From NCBI GenBank assembly GCA_051251855.1, contig JBPOGI010000001.1, positions 320,001-384,000 on the forward strand: DNA of 64,000 nt. The letters are read 5' to 3'. Positions 38,531 to 48,489 of this stretch are shown here, one piece after another. The first letter of the stretch is position 1. Every line of letters starts with the position of its first letter. This DNA comes from Roseibacillus sp. (GTDB taxonomy: Bacteria > Verrucomicrobiota > Verrucomicrobiia > Verrucomicrobiales > Akkermansiaceae). The position numbers were made by a program, and so were the translations under genes. Under the pieces are notes generated by a model. That model ran no database searches. It worked only from the letters and a program-made list of their open reading frames with translations, and was not told the DNA's origin.

Positions 38531-41500
38531 TTAATCGCTTCCTTCGATACGAATTCGATAAAAGAGCTTCTCTGGGAGAGGGCGGTTCGCTTCGAGACTG
38601 ATTTTTTCGAAGTCTGCTCCCAGTTCGCTCGCTGGGTTTGGATTCGCGTAGCGGTAGTAGTCGGTGTAGGGACCCCAGCTTGCGAGGTCTTGGGAGAGGG
38701 TGACCTCATATCCGAGGCCAGCGTCGAGAACGCGGTGGAAATTGAAGTTGATGTCTGAAGTGTCTATGGCTTCGACGTCGTAGGCTGGAAGTTGGGTTAG
38801 AGACTTAGGATCGCTTCCCAGGGCAAACTCATCCAGATTACTTGCCCCATCGCCGTCGAAGTCGTCGCTTCCTGATTGGTTCAGGTCTCCGAAGGTGGCG
38901 AGCTCATAGTCATCGTTGAGTTGGTCGTTGTCGCTGTCCTTGTCTTCGACGGGGGTGTAGGTGACGAGGAGCTGGATGGTTTCGTCCTCAGGAGTGTTGG
39001 GGTCATCGCTATCGGCGAAACCAGCACCGACGAAGCCGAGAGTCTCGAAGGCGACGCGGACTCCATAGTTGGGGAAGATGCCCTGCTGCCAGTTGCTGGC
39101 CATGGTGGTGACTTGACTGTCGGGATCGAATCCGGTCTCGTCGCCCACAACTCCCGCAGCGCCACCGTAGAAACCAGAAGCATTGATGGCGGTTCCAAAA
39201 TCATCGTTACTGCCGAAGGTGAAAGTATCGGTGACAGGGGTAGAGTCGTAGAGGGGGTAGGTGCCGCTGGTGGTTCCCCAACTCGCGGTGACGCGGCTCA
39301 GTGCGATGGGAGCGCTGTTAGAGGTGTTCAGGCGGTTGGTTTGATAAATCTTGAGGCGAGCCTCGGTGACGTTACCTTCGATAGCGCTGAGGTCGAACTT
39401 GAGGAAAAGTTGGGTGCGTGTCGGTTGTTGGCTGCCGGATTCGGTGCGTTCGCGGATGTAGATGCTGCCTGAGTCGGTCCAGCTTCCCTGAACCATGGGG
39501 TCGTTTACGGTTCCATTGATACCGGCCATCTGCAGGCAAATGGGATCGAGGGCGACGGTGATGGGGCTGCCGATAGCGAGTGTTGAATTGGCATCGCGAG
39601 GGTTGGAGAAATTGGCGAGTTCGAGGCTGTCGCTCTGGCCGTCGCCGTCGGTGTCGTCGAGGGTGGGGTCGGTGTTCCAGAGATAGACTTCGTCGCCATC
39701 GGGGAGACCGTCGCCGTCGGTTTGGGCTGAGTCGGGGCGAGAGAAGAAGGTGAGGACTTCGAGGTCGTCGGTGATTTGGTCGTCGTCGGTGTCGGGGTCA
39801 AAGAGGTCGGCGCCGTTTTGGAATTCGGCTCCGTTGTTGAGTCCGTCGCTATCAAAATCTAACAGGCCGTCGGCGGGGTCGTCGCGGTCGAGTCCGTTGG
39901 TTTCGTTTTCGAAGTAGTTGGGTAGGCCGTCGTCGTCACTATCGATGGGAGGAACGTTGCTATCGCCATCGGTGCCGTAGGTGGTGTTGCCACGGATTTC
40001 ATTGAGGAGGTCGTAGAGCTCTTGTTCTTTTGCGAGAATAGCGGGGTCGGTGGAGGGAAGAAGGTTGGTCGTTTCCCCGATGTCGTTGGAAAGGTTGTAG
40101 AGCTGTCGCGGAGTGCCAAAGATTTCGCCGGCAGCGGTGGCGGCGGGGACGTTTACATTGTTAGAGTCGTAGGAGTTGCTGCCATTTCCGCCGGTGCCAT
40201 CGAGGAGTTTCCAGACGCCATCTTTGTCGAGAATGGCGAGTTGGCCGTTGTAGGCGTGTTGGGTGAGGGCCGCTCTGCGCTCGTTGGGCATGGGTTGACC
40301 GCTCAGGATGGGGAGAAAGCTCTCGGCATCGGGTGCTTCGTCGGGAGTGAAGTCGTAGCGGAGGAATTCCGCGAGGGTGGCAAAGAAGTCGCCTTGCCAG
40401 CAGGTATGGTTGGTGGTTGAGCCGGGGGTGGTTACTCCTGGCCAGCGCACCACAAAGGGGACGCGGGTGCCGCCTTCCCAGTTGTCGAGTTTTTGACCGC
40501 GGAAGGGGCCGTTGCCATCGTGGTTTTGGCCGAGCCCTTGGCCCATGGCGGAACGGGAGACGCCATTATCGCTGCTGAAGTAGACGATGGTATTGCTCTC
40601 TAAGCCATCCGCGGTCGCGGGGTCTCCGTCAGGGTCAGCGAGGGCATCAAGAATTTGGCCAGCGTAGTGGTCAGACTGGGCAAGGAAATCACCATAGGCG
40701 AAAGGAGTGCTGCCGCTGAAGGCGCTTTGCACCGCCCAAGGGAGGTGGGGAGAAGGGAAGGGAACGTAGATGAAGAAGGGGTCGCCATCGCGTGAATGGT
40801 CGAGCAGAACATCGGAGACCTTTTGAGCCTGCACTTGGAGGTAGTCGGAGACCACGAAGTTGGGGTCGTAAGCGCCATCGCGGACGTTGTTGACCGCGCC
40901 AATGGGTTCGCCTTCGAGGAAGTCGGAATTAGTAGCGGGGCTGGCTTGGCTGAAATCAACGTTACCTTCGCTGACGAGGCCGCCCTTGAAGAGAACGGTT
41001 TGGTTTTCTATCCAAGTGTAGGGTGGCATGTCGAGGGAAGCAGCCGTGCCGAAATAGTAATCGAAGCCGTAGGCATTCGGCGTTTCGGTGAGGGGGCGGG
41101 AGAAGTCGATCTCGTCGTCAGTGGTAGAAGTGGTGTCGGCTCCCAAGACATCGGCATCGTTGCCTAAATCAACTGGGGTTCCGCTGGGGCTGTAAAATTG
41201 CATCCCAATGTGCCACTTGCCGATCATGGAGGTGGAGTAGCCAAGTTCCTGAAACATCTTGGGCATGGTGAGGCGGTTGGGGTCGATGAGGGGGCGGGAG
41301 TATCCGCCGGTGACCCGGGTCTTGAGTCGGGTGCGCCAACAGTAGCGGCCGGTGAGGATGCCGTAACGGGAAGGGGTGCAAACAGCATCGCCCGAGTATC
41401 CGGCATCGAAACGAAGACCGCCGTTAGTGAGAGCATCGAGATTGGGGGTATAGGACGTTTGGGTGGTATCGTAGGCTCCGACATTGGAGTAGCCGAGGTC

Positions 41501-42202
41501 GTCATAGTAGAGAATGAGGACGTTGGGTTTGGTGGGGTCGAGGTTGGGATTCGGAGGACCCAAAGGATCGGGAGGGTCGACGGGGTCGCTCGTGGAGAGG
41601 TCAAGTTGGAGAACATTGAGTGCACTCGAACCGGAACCATTGGTATCCATCAAGAGCGAAATTTGGCCGCTCGCGTTGGGAGTGATTTCATTGAGTTCAA
41701 CGACTTGAGTGGAGTTGTTGAAAGCAGAGTTGAGGGTTCCGGTGACGGAATTGCTCCCTGTGGCGGTGAAGCTGGCTCCCGTGCCATTGTTGCCCCGGGC
41801 TCCATAGAGGCTGAGGACGTAACTCTCGGCTGGGTCCAGATTGCTGAGAGTGAGAGTGATGGTGCTGCTTTGGAAAAAGAGCCCATCCTGCAAGGCTGAT
41901 TGAGGAAAAGAGGAAAATAAGGACGGGTAGGGGCCCGCGAAATTAGCACCGCTACCAGCAGCACCGGAGTCGGTTCCTGAGGTGGTGTAAGCGAGACCGA
42001 TCGTGGTGGCCGCGCCAGATTCCGAAACAAGATTCGCCAAGTTCGCTGGGTCGCCACCGGTATTGGCGCTCATGTTGTTCCAGCCGATGTCGCTGGTGGT
42101 TTGAGTATTCAGACCCAAGTCGACAAGAATCGGAAGAGCCGACAAGGACGCGGGAGCAGCGAGAAAAATCGCGAGTAAAAGAGATGCGTTATGGCTTGGC
42201 AT
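38531..42202 (-). CDS. Multidomain extracellular sulfatase with Ca-binding DxDxDG repeats and a DNRLRE-like domain
   Basis: Signal peptide, N-terminal beta domain, KPNVLILYYDDLGY/CTPSRYGILTG/IGKWH, repeated DSDDDG/DTDGDG, and FLKFDLS..VTEARLKIY. Confidence 0.9.
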   Translation of the reverse strand: MPSHNASLLLAIFLAAPASLSALPILVDLGLNTQTTSDIGWNNMSANTGGDPANLANLVSESGAATTIGLAYTTSGTDSGAAGSGANFAGPYPSLFSSFPQSALQDGLFFQSSTITLTLSNLDPAESYVLSLYGARGNNGTGASFTATGSNSVTGTLNSAFNNSTQVVELNEITPNASGQISLLMDTNGSGSSALNVLQLDLSTSDPVDPPDPLGPPNPNLDPTKPNVLILYYDDLGYSNVGAYDTTQTSYTPNLDALTNGGLRFDAGYSGDAVCTPSRYGILTGRYCWRTRLKTRVTGGYSRPLIDPNRLTMPKMFQELGYSTSMIGKWHIGMQFYSPSGTPVDLGNDADVLGADTTSTTDDEIDFSRPLTETPNAYGFDYYFGTAASLDMPPYTWIENQTVLFKGGLVSEGNVDFSQASPATNSDFLEGEPIGAVNNVRDGAYDPNFVVSDYLQVQAQKVSDVLLDHSRDGDPFFIYVPFPSPHLPWAVQSAFSGSTPFAYGDFLAQSDHYAGQILDALADPDGDPATADGLESNTIVYFSSDNGVSRSAMGQGLGQNHDGNGPFRGQKLDNWEGGTRVPFVVRWPGVTTPGSTTNHTCWQGDFFATLAEFLRYDFTPDEAPDAESFLPILSGQPMPNERRAALTQHAYNGQLAILDKDGVWKLLDGTGGNGSNSYDSNNVNVPAATAAGEIFGTPRQLYNLSNDIGETTNLLPSTDPAILAKEQELYDLLNEIRGNTTYGTDGDSNVPPIDSDDDGLPNYFENETNGLDRDDPADGLLDFDSDGLNNGAEFQNGADLFDPDTDDDQITDDLEVLTFFSRPDSAQTDGDGLPDGDEVYLWNTDPTLDDTDGDGQSDSLELANFSNPRDANSTLAIGSPITVALDPICLQMAGINGTVNDPMVQGSWTDSGSIYIRERTESGSQQPTRTQLFLKFDLSAIEGNVTEARLKIYQTNRLNTSNSAPIALSRVTASWGTTSGTYPLYDSTPVTDTFTFGSNDDFGTAINASGFYGGAAGVVGDETGFDPDSQVTTMASNWQQGIFPNYGVRVAFETLGFVGAGFADSDDPNTPEDETIQLLVTYTPVEDKDSDNDQLNDDYELATFGDLNQSGSDDFDGDGASNLDEFALGSDPKSLTQLPAYDVEAIDTSDINFNFHRVLDAGLGYEVTLSQDLASWGPYTDYYRYANPNPASELGADFEKISLEANRPLPEKLFYRIRIEGSD

Positions 42203-42367
42203 ATTGGAGGGTTTGTCGGTTCGAATCTCAAGCCCAGCCTAGGACAGCCGAGATGGGAAGAATGGGAGGAAGTGTGGCTTTTTCGAGGCTGCGCCTCAAC
42301 AGGTAAATAGCGAGGGTGACTCCGAGCTTATCTTTAAAGATATGAGGAGATGATCGAAGGTGCGAAT

Positions 42368-42438
42368 GGACCGCGAACTTGAGTTTGTCCCCCAGCCGAG
42401 AGCCGATGTCAGTGGGGCGGGCTGAAGACCCGCGGTCC
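42368..42438. repeat. Inverted pair of REP-like elements
   Basis: GGACCGCG (42368-42375) and CGCGGTCC (42431-42438); the right copy contains the hairpin GCGGGCTGAAGACCCGC. Confidence 0.65.
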
Positions 42439-42465
42439 GTCTGGGGTGAGAGAAGAACAGCGTAG

Positions 42466-45400
42466 CTACTCCACGATCATCTCGCCCTTCATCAGTCTCC
42501 AGTGGCCGGGGAAGGTGCAGAGGATGGGGTAGGTGCCGGGTTCGGTGGGGGCGGTGAAGGGAAGCTCGACTTTTTTACCGTAGGGAATTTGGGGGGTGGC
42601 AAAGAGGATGAGGTCGGTGTCGGGGATATAGTGTCTTTCCATGGCGTCCGGTTCGGCGGCCATAGCGTCGGCGAGGGCTCCCACTTCTTGGTCAGCTCCT
42701 TGTTGGGTGACGACGAGGTTGTGCAGCATGTGATCGTCATTCTTGAAGACGAAGTTGTATTTCTGACCGGCTTTGACTCGGATGGAGGTGACGTTGAACG
42801 CGAGCTGGGAGGGGATGGTTTTGATGTAGATTCGGTCGTCGGTGACGGTGGCGAATTCGGCTTCGTAGGCGGAGGCCCACTCCTTGTGCTGCTCTTCGTT
42901 GGCGGCATGGGTGACTCCGGAGGGAACTCCGCCGGTGAGGCTGGTGAGGTAAATTTTGGCGGTGTTCTTTCTCGGCTTGCCATTGAGGGCGGAGAAGAAT
43001 TCGATTTTGTTGAGCCCTTTTTCCAAGGTGATGCTCACCTGCCCGTCCTTGGTGTGTTGGCTGCCCGTGGCGCGGGTGATGGGGATATCATTCACGTTGA
43101 GATTGAGGACAGGGCTGCCGGTGTAGCCGAGGATAGCGGACTGGTTTTGGTCGCTTTCGATCCACATGAGACCGCCGATGCCTTCTTCGCGTTTGATCCA
43201 CTTGGTGAGGTAGCTATCGCTGGAGACTTTGAGGAGAGGGAACTCGGCGCCAAGGGGGGGCATGTTGTTAAGAGCAGCGAGCTGCTTCATCTTGTCGATG
43301 GGCGAGCCGCTCTTGGCCTCGATGCCTTGAATCAATTCTCCCCAGAAGGGATCTTCGTTTTGAAGGTAGCTTGCGGAGGAAAGGAGGCAGAGCTGGGTGC
43401 GCTCGTCGCTATCTTGGGAGAGCTTGCTGGCGATTTCCTGTGCATCGGAGCCGAGCGCGCTGGCCCAAGTGTGGAGGACACGGGCGGCGGAGCGGCGGAT
43501 GATGGGGTTGGAGGAGGCGGCTAGTTGGCGATAGAGGTCGCTTTGGCTGAAGTCTTTGAGGCGCTCGAAAATGTAGAGAAGCTCGACGCCGAGGTCCTCG
43601 TTGGAGGAGGCGGCTGCAACTTGTGATTTTGCGAAGGCGAGGACTTTGTCGTTGGGGTGGTTCTCTAATTCACCTCGGACGATTTCGCGAACGTCAATTT
43701 GGGGATGAGTGAGAAGGGTGAAGAGTTCCGCGAGGGAGGCTCCTTCGATTTGAGGGGGAGTGGAAAGAGGAGAGCCTTTCTTGGTCACGCGCCAGATACG
43801 GCCGTTCTTGTAGTCTCGGTTACGGTCGCGGATGGAGTGTTGCGCGTGGCCGATGATGGGGTAGTAGAAGTCGGAGACGTAGAGGGCTCCGTCGAGTCCG
43901 AAACGGAGGTCGACAGGGCGGAAGACTTTGTTCTTGGAGGTGAGCAGTTCGAGGGAGTTCTGGGCTTTTACGGGGGTTCCGGCTTGGAGTTCGAGGGGGG
44001 TGTAGAGAACGGCGTTCTTTCCTAACAGGTGTGCGGTAAGGACGCCGCCTTGCCATTCTTTTGGAAAGTGAGAGCCGGTGACAGTGGCGATGGAATTGCC
44101 TTTGTCGTCGCGGAAGGGCATGCCCATGTCGCCGGAGCTGGAGACGCCGACGGGGGTGCTGACGTTATAGAAGTCGCAGTCGATGATTTGGCCGCCGCCG
44201 AACATGTGGAAGGAGTCACCGGAGGTGGCATAGCTGATTTTCCACGGGTTGGGGTGGGTGGTCTGGCGAATGATGCGCAGGTCACGGGTGGCGGGGTCGA
44301 AGTAGATGGTCGCGGCGTCTTTGGTGCGCAAGGGTCCGTGTGGGGTCTCGAACTGGCCGCGATGGAAGAGGGCTTCGTCGATGATGATGTCGCCTTGAGG
44401 AGTACGTGCGAGGAAGCCGCCGTGGTGGGTGTCGGTATCATCGGCACCGCGTAGGAGTTCTTCAGTGAGGTCGGCTTTGTCGTCGCCATCGGTGTCGCGT
44501 AGCCAGAGGAATTTGCGGGCAACCGCTGCCACGATACCGTCTTTATAGAAGACGAATCCGTCGGGGAGTTTGAGGCCGTCAGCGAAGACGGTGCGCTTGT
44601 CAGCTTGGCCGTCTCCGTCGGTGTCTTCGAAGATGAGAATGGTGTCGTTGGCGAGTTCGCCGGGAAGGGGGACGGGATAACTTGCAAAGCAACAGACCCA
44701 AAGTCGGCCGCGGGCATCGAATTGGATTTGGAGAGGGTTGATGAGCTCAGGGAATTGTTCGCTGGAGGCGAAGAGATTGACCTCGAAACCGTCGGCGACA
44801 GTGAAGCCGGCGAGGTCTTGTTCGGAGGTTTGGATTGTGCCGAGTCCTTTTCTGGGCTTTTTGGCGGGGGGCTTGGCCTCGGCGGTTTCAAACTTGGGAA
44901 GAGGGAGAGCGGTTTGGAGGTTGCTCGCTTGCTTCCAAATGACTTGGTCAATCTGGTTGGCGAGTTTGAAGTGGTGGGGGATTTCTCCCGAATACTCGAA
45001 GTCGCGGCCGCGAACGCCGTAGTAGTGAATGCCGTTAGCGGGTTTGTAGGCCATGGCGACTTCGTAGGCTTTGCGGGAGACTTGTTGGCGCAGGGATTCG
45101 AAGCCCGAGCTGTCGGTGGCTACTTTGGCAACAGCTTCAGGGCTGGTGAGGGCGGCTGCGAACTCGGAGGCGAGGAGACGGTTGCCAGCCTGATTAAGGT
45201 GGAGGCCGTTGTCGGTGAGGGGGGCGGTGCTGTCGGCAAAGAGCTTTTGGCTGACTGTGAAGAGGTCGATGAAAGAGGTGCTCTTATTGGCGGCGGCTTT
45301 TCTCATGGCCTCGGTGTAGAGGGCGAGGTCAGCGTTGCGCTGGGCGGGGTCTGGGAATTGACCGGCATCAGAGGGTTCGATAGCGGTGGGGGAGACGAGA

Positions 45401-46671
45401 ACGAGTTCGGCCTTGGGATGGCGCTCGCGCATGAGGTTGAGGTAGAGACTGAGGTTTTTCTCAAAGGCGGGGAGGCCTTCGATACCCGCAAAGGATTCGT
45501 TCATGCCGAAGCACATCATGACACGGCTGGCGGAATACTGGCTCTCGAAGTAGGCGAGGTGTTCGCCGAACTTGGAAGGGCGGATGCGGAACCCGACCTC
45601 GTCGCCGGTGTAGGCGAGGGAGCGGTATTGGATGCGCTTGTTAGGTTGGGCTGATTGGAGAAGGGCTTCGAAAGTGCCGTCTTCTTGTAGGCGCTCGACG
45701 AAGCTATTGCCGTAGAAAAGGGTGACACCATCGTTCGCGATTTTCGGCACCGCCATGGGGTAGCTGGCAGCGGTGGGCTTTTTTGCAGGAGCTTTCTTTG
45801 CGGGCTCCTTTTTCGCCGGTGCCTTGCCGCTGATTTGGAAAGTTTTGATGGCGGTAGTCGCGCTGGGGACCTCTTGGCCTGCCGCCCAAAAGACGCCGTT
45901 GACCATCACGCGCATGGAATTGGGCTCGGCGAAGTCGCCCACGTGACCGAGGGAGGTGGTGAAGGTGCGTCCATCCCACTTGTTCTGCCAAGTCCAAGCC
46001 ACGACGTCGGTCATCTCGGCTTTGAGTTCGTGGGTTCCAAAGCCGTTGGAGACGGTTCCGACTCTTTTCGCCTTACCCGTTCCGACGAGGAGGGGCCGGG
46101 TGCCTTCTTGGAGGTCGGTGAGGTAAAGAGTGCCGGGAGATTTCCAATTGGCGGCCTCAACTCCAGTGAGAATGGGGTGCTTTTGCGCTCCTTCGACGGG
46201 TTTGATGTTGGTGGAGCCAGCCAAGTGAATGCGGTAAGGCGTTCCGAGGGCTTCTTTGCCGAAATCGTTGTTCCACTTTACTTGTGGATGGTCCTTGGGG
46301 TATTTGAAGCCGTGGGTGCTGGTGCGGAAGCCGACGACGGGCTTACCAGATTCGAGGTAGCTGGTGATGTGTCCGAGTTGTTGGTCGTCGAGCTTGAGAA
46401 AGCGGGTGAAGAAGATGCCGACATCGGCGTCAGCAAGGGCTTCGATGCCGGGGAGACCGCGTTTGTCCTTTTCGGGATCCCAGTCGGGGTTGATGACGGT
46501 GGTCTTGAAACCCAGTCGCTCCAGTTCGGCCGCGAAAGGAGGCATCGTCTTGTGGGGTGAGTAGTGATAGGTGCCACAGACGATGACGGCGTGGGGTTTG
46601 TCGGCGGCAGTCGCGAGAATCGTGTTGGCCAGCGAGACAAGGCTGAGGGCGAGAGTGTGAATTTTATTCAT
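42466..46671 (-). CDS. Multidomain exported protein: ThuA-like + SGNH/GDSL + PVC-type beta-propeller + HEAT + C-terminal cupredoxin
   Basis: GKPVVGFRTSTH and FTTSLGH (ThuA-like); YGNSFVE, FGMNES and TDNGLHLN (SGNH); VADGFEVNLFASSE and FRPVDLRFGLDGALYVSDFY; HNLVV...CTFPGHWRLM. Confidence 0.9.
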   Translation of the reverse strand: MNKIHTLALSLVSLANTILATAADKPHAVIVCGTYHYSPHKTMPPFAAELERLGFKTTVINPDWDPEKDKRGLPGIEALADADVGIFFTRFLKLDDQQLGHITSYLESGKPVVGFRTSTHGFKYPKDHPQVKWNNDFGKEALGTPYRIHLAGSTNIKPVEGAQKHPILTGVEAANWKSPGTLYLTDLQEGTRPLLVGTGKAKRVGTVSNGFGTHELKAEMTDVVAWTWQNKWDGRTFTTSLGHVGDFAEPNSMRVMVNGVFWAAGQEVPSATTAIKTFQISGKAPAKKEPAKKAPAKKPTAASYPMAVPKIANDGVTLFYGNSFVERLQEDGTFEALLQSAQPNKRIQYRSLAYTGDEVGFRIRPSKFGEHLAYFESQYSASRVMMCFGMNESFAGIEGLPAFEKNLSLYLNLMRERHPKAELVLVSPTAIEPSDAGQFPDPAQRNADLALYTEAMRKAAANKSTSFIDLFTVSQKLFADSTAPLTDNGLHLNQAGNRLLASEFAAALTSPEAVAKVATDSSGFESLRQQVSRKAYEVAMAYKPANGIHYYGVRGRDFEYSGEIPHHFKLANQIDQVIWKQASNLQTALPLPKFETAEAKPPAKKPRKGLGTIQTSEQDLAGFTVADGFEVNLFASSEQFPELINPLQIQFDARGRLWVCCFASYPVPLPGELANDTILIFEDTDGDGQADKRTVFADGLKLPDGFVFYKDGIVAAVARKFLWLRDTDGDDKADLTEELLRGADDTDTHHGGFLARTPQGDIIIDEALFHRGQFETPHGPLRTKDAATIYFDPATRDLRIIRQTTHPNPWKISYATSGDSFHMFGGGQIIDCDFYNVSTPVGVSSSGDMGMPFRDDKGNSIATVTGSHFPKEWQGGVLTAHLLGKNAVLYTPLELQAGTPVKAQNSLELLTSKNKVFRPVDLRFGLDGALYVSDFYYPIIGHAQHSIRDRNRDYKNGRIWRVTKKGSPLSTPPQIEGASLAELFTLLTHPQIDVREIVRGELENHPNDKVLAFAKSQVAAASSNEDLGVELLYIFERLKDFSQSDLYRQLAASSNPIIRRSAARVLHTWASALGSDAQEIASKLSQDSDERTQLCLLSSASYLQNEDPFWGELIQGIEAKSGSPIDKMKQLAALNNMPPLGAEFPLLKVSSDSYLTKWIKREEGIGGLMWIESDQNQSAILGYTGSPVLNLNVNDIPITRATGSQHTKDGQVSITLEKGLNKIEFFSALNGKPRKNTAKIYLTSLTGGVPSGVTHAANEEQHKEWASAYEAEFATVTDDRIYIKTIPSQLAFNVTSIRVKAGQKYNFVFKNDDHMLHNLVVTQQGADQEVGALADAMAAEPDAMERHYIPDTDLILFATPQIPYGKKVELPFTAPTEPGTYPILCTFPGHWRLMKGEMIVE

Positions 46672-46708
46672 TGGCTTGTGAGAATGGTGAGTGATTGAAA
46701 ATTTGAGG

Positions 46709-48202
46709 CTACTTGAGGTCGCTGAATGAGAAGGGGTCGTTGTGGGCTTTCATTTCGCTGAGGAGGAGTTGCTCCATTTCTTGGAGTTTCTCGGCATGGG
46801 CTGGGTTGTCAGCGAGATTGACTTGAGATTCTGTGGGTTGAGATCCGGTGCGAGAAACCACTGCAGGGTCCTGATGCTCGGCGAGGAGTTCGTCGGGGTT
46901 TTGGTCGAGATTGAAGAGTTGGGTCTCTTTGGTTCCATTCTTGTCGGATTCGTATTTGATGAGTTTCCAGTCGCCCTTTCGAACGGCGCGCATTCCGGGT
47001 CGAGCTCCTCCGCAGTAGGCGCCGTAAAGAACGTCGCGGACGGTTTCGGTTTCGCCCTTCAGGACTTTGGTGAAGCTCTTTCCTTGGTTGGTTGCAGGCG
47101 GGGGGATGTCGGCGAGATCGCAAAGGGTGGCGAGGCTGTCGAGGAGGTAGACGTTGCCTTGCGCGCGGGTGCCGGGTTTGATGCCGGGGCCTTTCACAAT
47201 GAAGGGGACGCGCCAGGTGTGCTCGTAGAGGTTCTGCTTACCTTGCAGTCCGTGGCGACCAATAGCCATGCCGTGGTCGGCGGTGTAGATGATGTAGGTG
47301 TTGTCGAGTTCGCCCATCTCCTCGAGTTTGGCGAGGACCTTGGCGATTTGAATGTCAATGTTTTCGCTGCAAGCAAACTCGCGGCCGAGCTCGTTGCGGA
47401 TGGTGTTCTCGTCGCGGTTTTTCCACACGCCGGGGACCCTCACTTCATCGCGCACGCCTAGGTCGGTATTGTCGAAGGGGTGGGCGGGGAGATAGTTCTT
47501 GGGAAGGGAAGGTTGTTTGGGATGGGCGGCAGGGAGGCTCTCTCTATCACGATGATTGACTGCGCCATATTTGGCTAAGAGCTCTGGCTTGCCGTCACGG
47601 ACATCGTGGGGATGGGAGAAGCCGAAGTAGATGAGGAAGGGATCTTCGTCTTGGGTGGTCTCACGTTCGGCGAGGTAGTCGAGAACTTGAGTCGCGTGCC
47701 AGCCGCTGCCTTTCTCATCGCTCGCACCACGCTTGACTGCATCCCGGACGACGGTGAACTGTTGGTTAGCGGCGGCATAGCTGTTGCCCCTTTTGCAGGT
47801 GCGCATGGTGTCGTAGCCTGCGGCATTGAAGACTGCTGCAAGCGAGTGGTCAGCGAGGTCTTTGGGGACGAGGGTCTCGTCCTTTTCGTTGGGATTTCTT
47901 CCTTGTTTCGGCTTGTCGGGAATATGCCACAGAGTGCGGCCAGACATCACCATGTGACGGGAAGGAGTACAGACCCCACCACACCAGGCTCCCATCTGAT
48001 AGGCTCGATCGAGAACCACTCCTTCGGCGGCAAGGGAATCGATGGTGGGGGTTTCCAGCGGGGAAGATGAGTCGTAGACCTTGAGATCGAAGGGTGACTG
48101 ATCATCTGCGATGATAAAGAGGATGTTCGGGCGCTCTGAGGCCGAAAGGGTTAAGGCGAGAGCCAAAACGGGAGCTGTTAAGAGCGAGGTCAGTCTTTTC
48201 AT
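46709..48202 (-). CDS. Exported sulfatase (choline-sulfatase-like)
   Basis: RPNILFIIADDQ, GAWCGGVCTPSRHMVMSG, YTADHG, GKQNLYE. Confidence 0.92.
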   Translation of the reverse strand: MKRLTSLLTAPVLALALTLSASERPNILFIIADDQSPFDLKVYDSSSPLETPTIDSLAAEGVVLDRAYQMGAWCGGVCTPSRHMVMSGRTLWHIPDKPKQGRNPNEKDETLVPKDLADHSLAAVFNAAGYDTMRTCKRGNSYAAANQQFTVVRDAVKRGASDEKGSGWHATQVLDYLAERETTQDEDPFLIYFGFSHPHDVRDGKPELLAKYGAVNHRDRESLPAAHPKQPSLPKNYLPAHPFDNTDLGVRDEVRVPGVWKNRDENTIRNELGREFACSENIDIQIAKVLAKLEEMGELDNTYIIYTADHGMAIGRHGLQGKQNLYEHTWRVPFIVKGPGIKPGTRAQGNVYLLDSLATLCDLADIPPPATNQGKSFTKVLKGETETVRDVLYGAYCGGARPGMRAVRKGDWKLIKYESDKNGTKETQLFNLDQNPDELLAEHQDPAVVSRTGSQPTESQVNLADNPAHAEKLQEMEQLLLSEMKAHNDPFSFSDLK

Positions 48203-48489
48203 CTAGGATTTGAGAGAAGTCTAATACTCTGTTTTTTAGCCTTACTTTCAAGGTCTAGGACTTCAAAATTGTCTTTCAATTGGAGAGGGCCTATTTCTTG
48301 AGGCTGTGGGGCAGAGTTTCGACCAATTGAGGGACGATGATGAGGGTTTTCGATAGTTCGAAGAGTGTTTTGGTGATTCGAATGAGGTTGTAGGATGGGT
48401 GATGGTGCTTTTGACTCAAAGACCTCTATTTCACAGAGAAAGGTGGGATCTTTCTGCGAAAGGGAGAGTGTTTTCGAACTGACCACATT

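Noticed and set aside
38820..39970. Repeated gtcgtc/gccgtc tracts as a CRISPR or DNA repeat array
   Set aside because: They are Asp/Gly codons of DxDxDG protein repeats; there is no constant repeat-spacer structure and no cas gene.
11294..47461. Many long opposite-strand ORFs (e.g. 12635-13633, 13726-14883, 25276-26196, 42502-43524, 44605-45654)
   Set aside because: They are antisense shadows of well-supported genes with biased codon usage and have no recognisable motifs.
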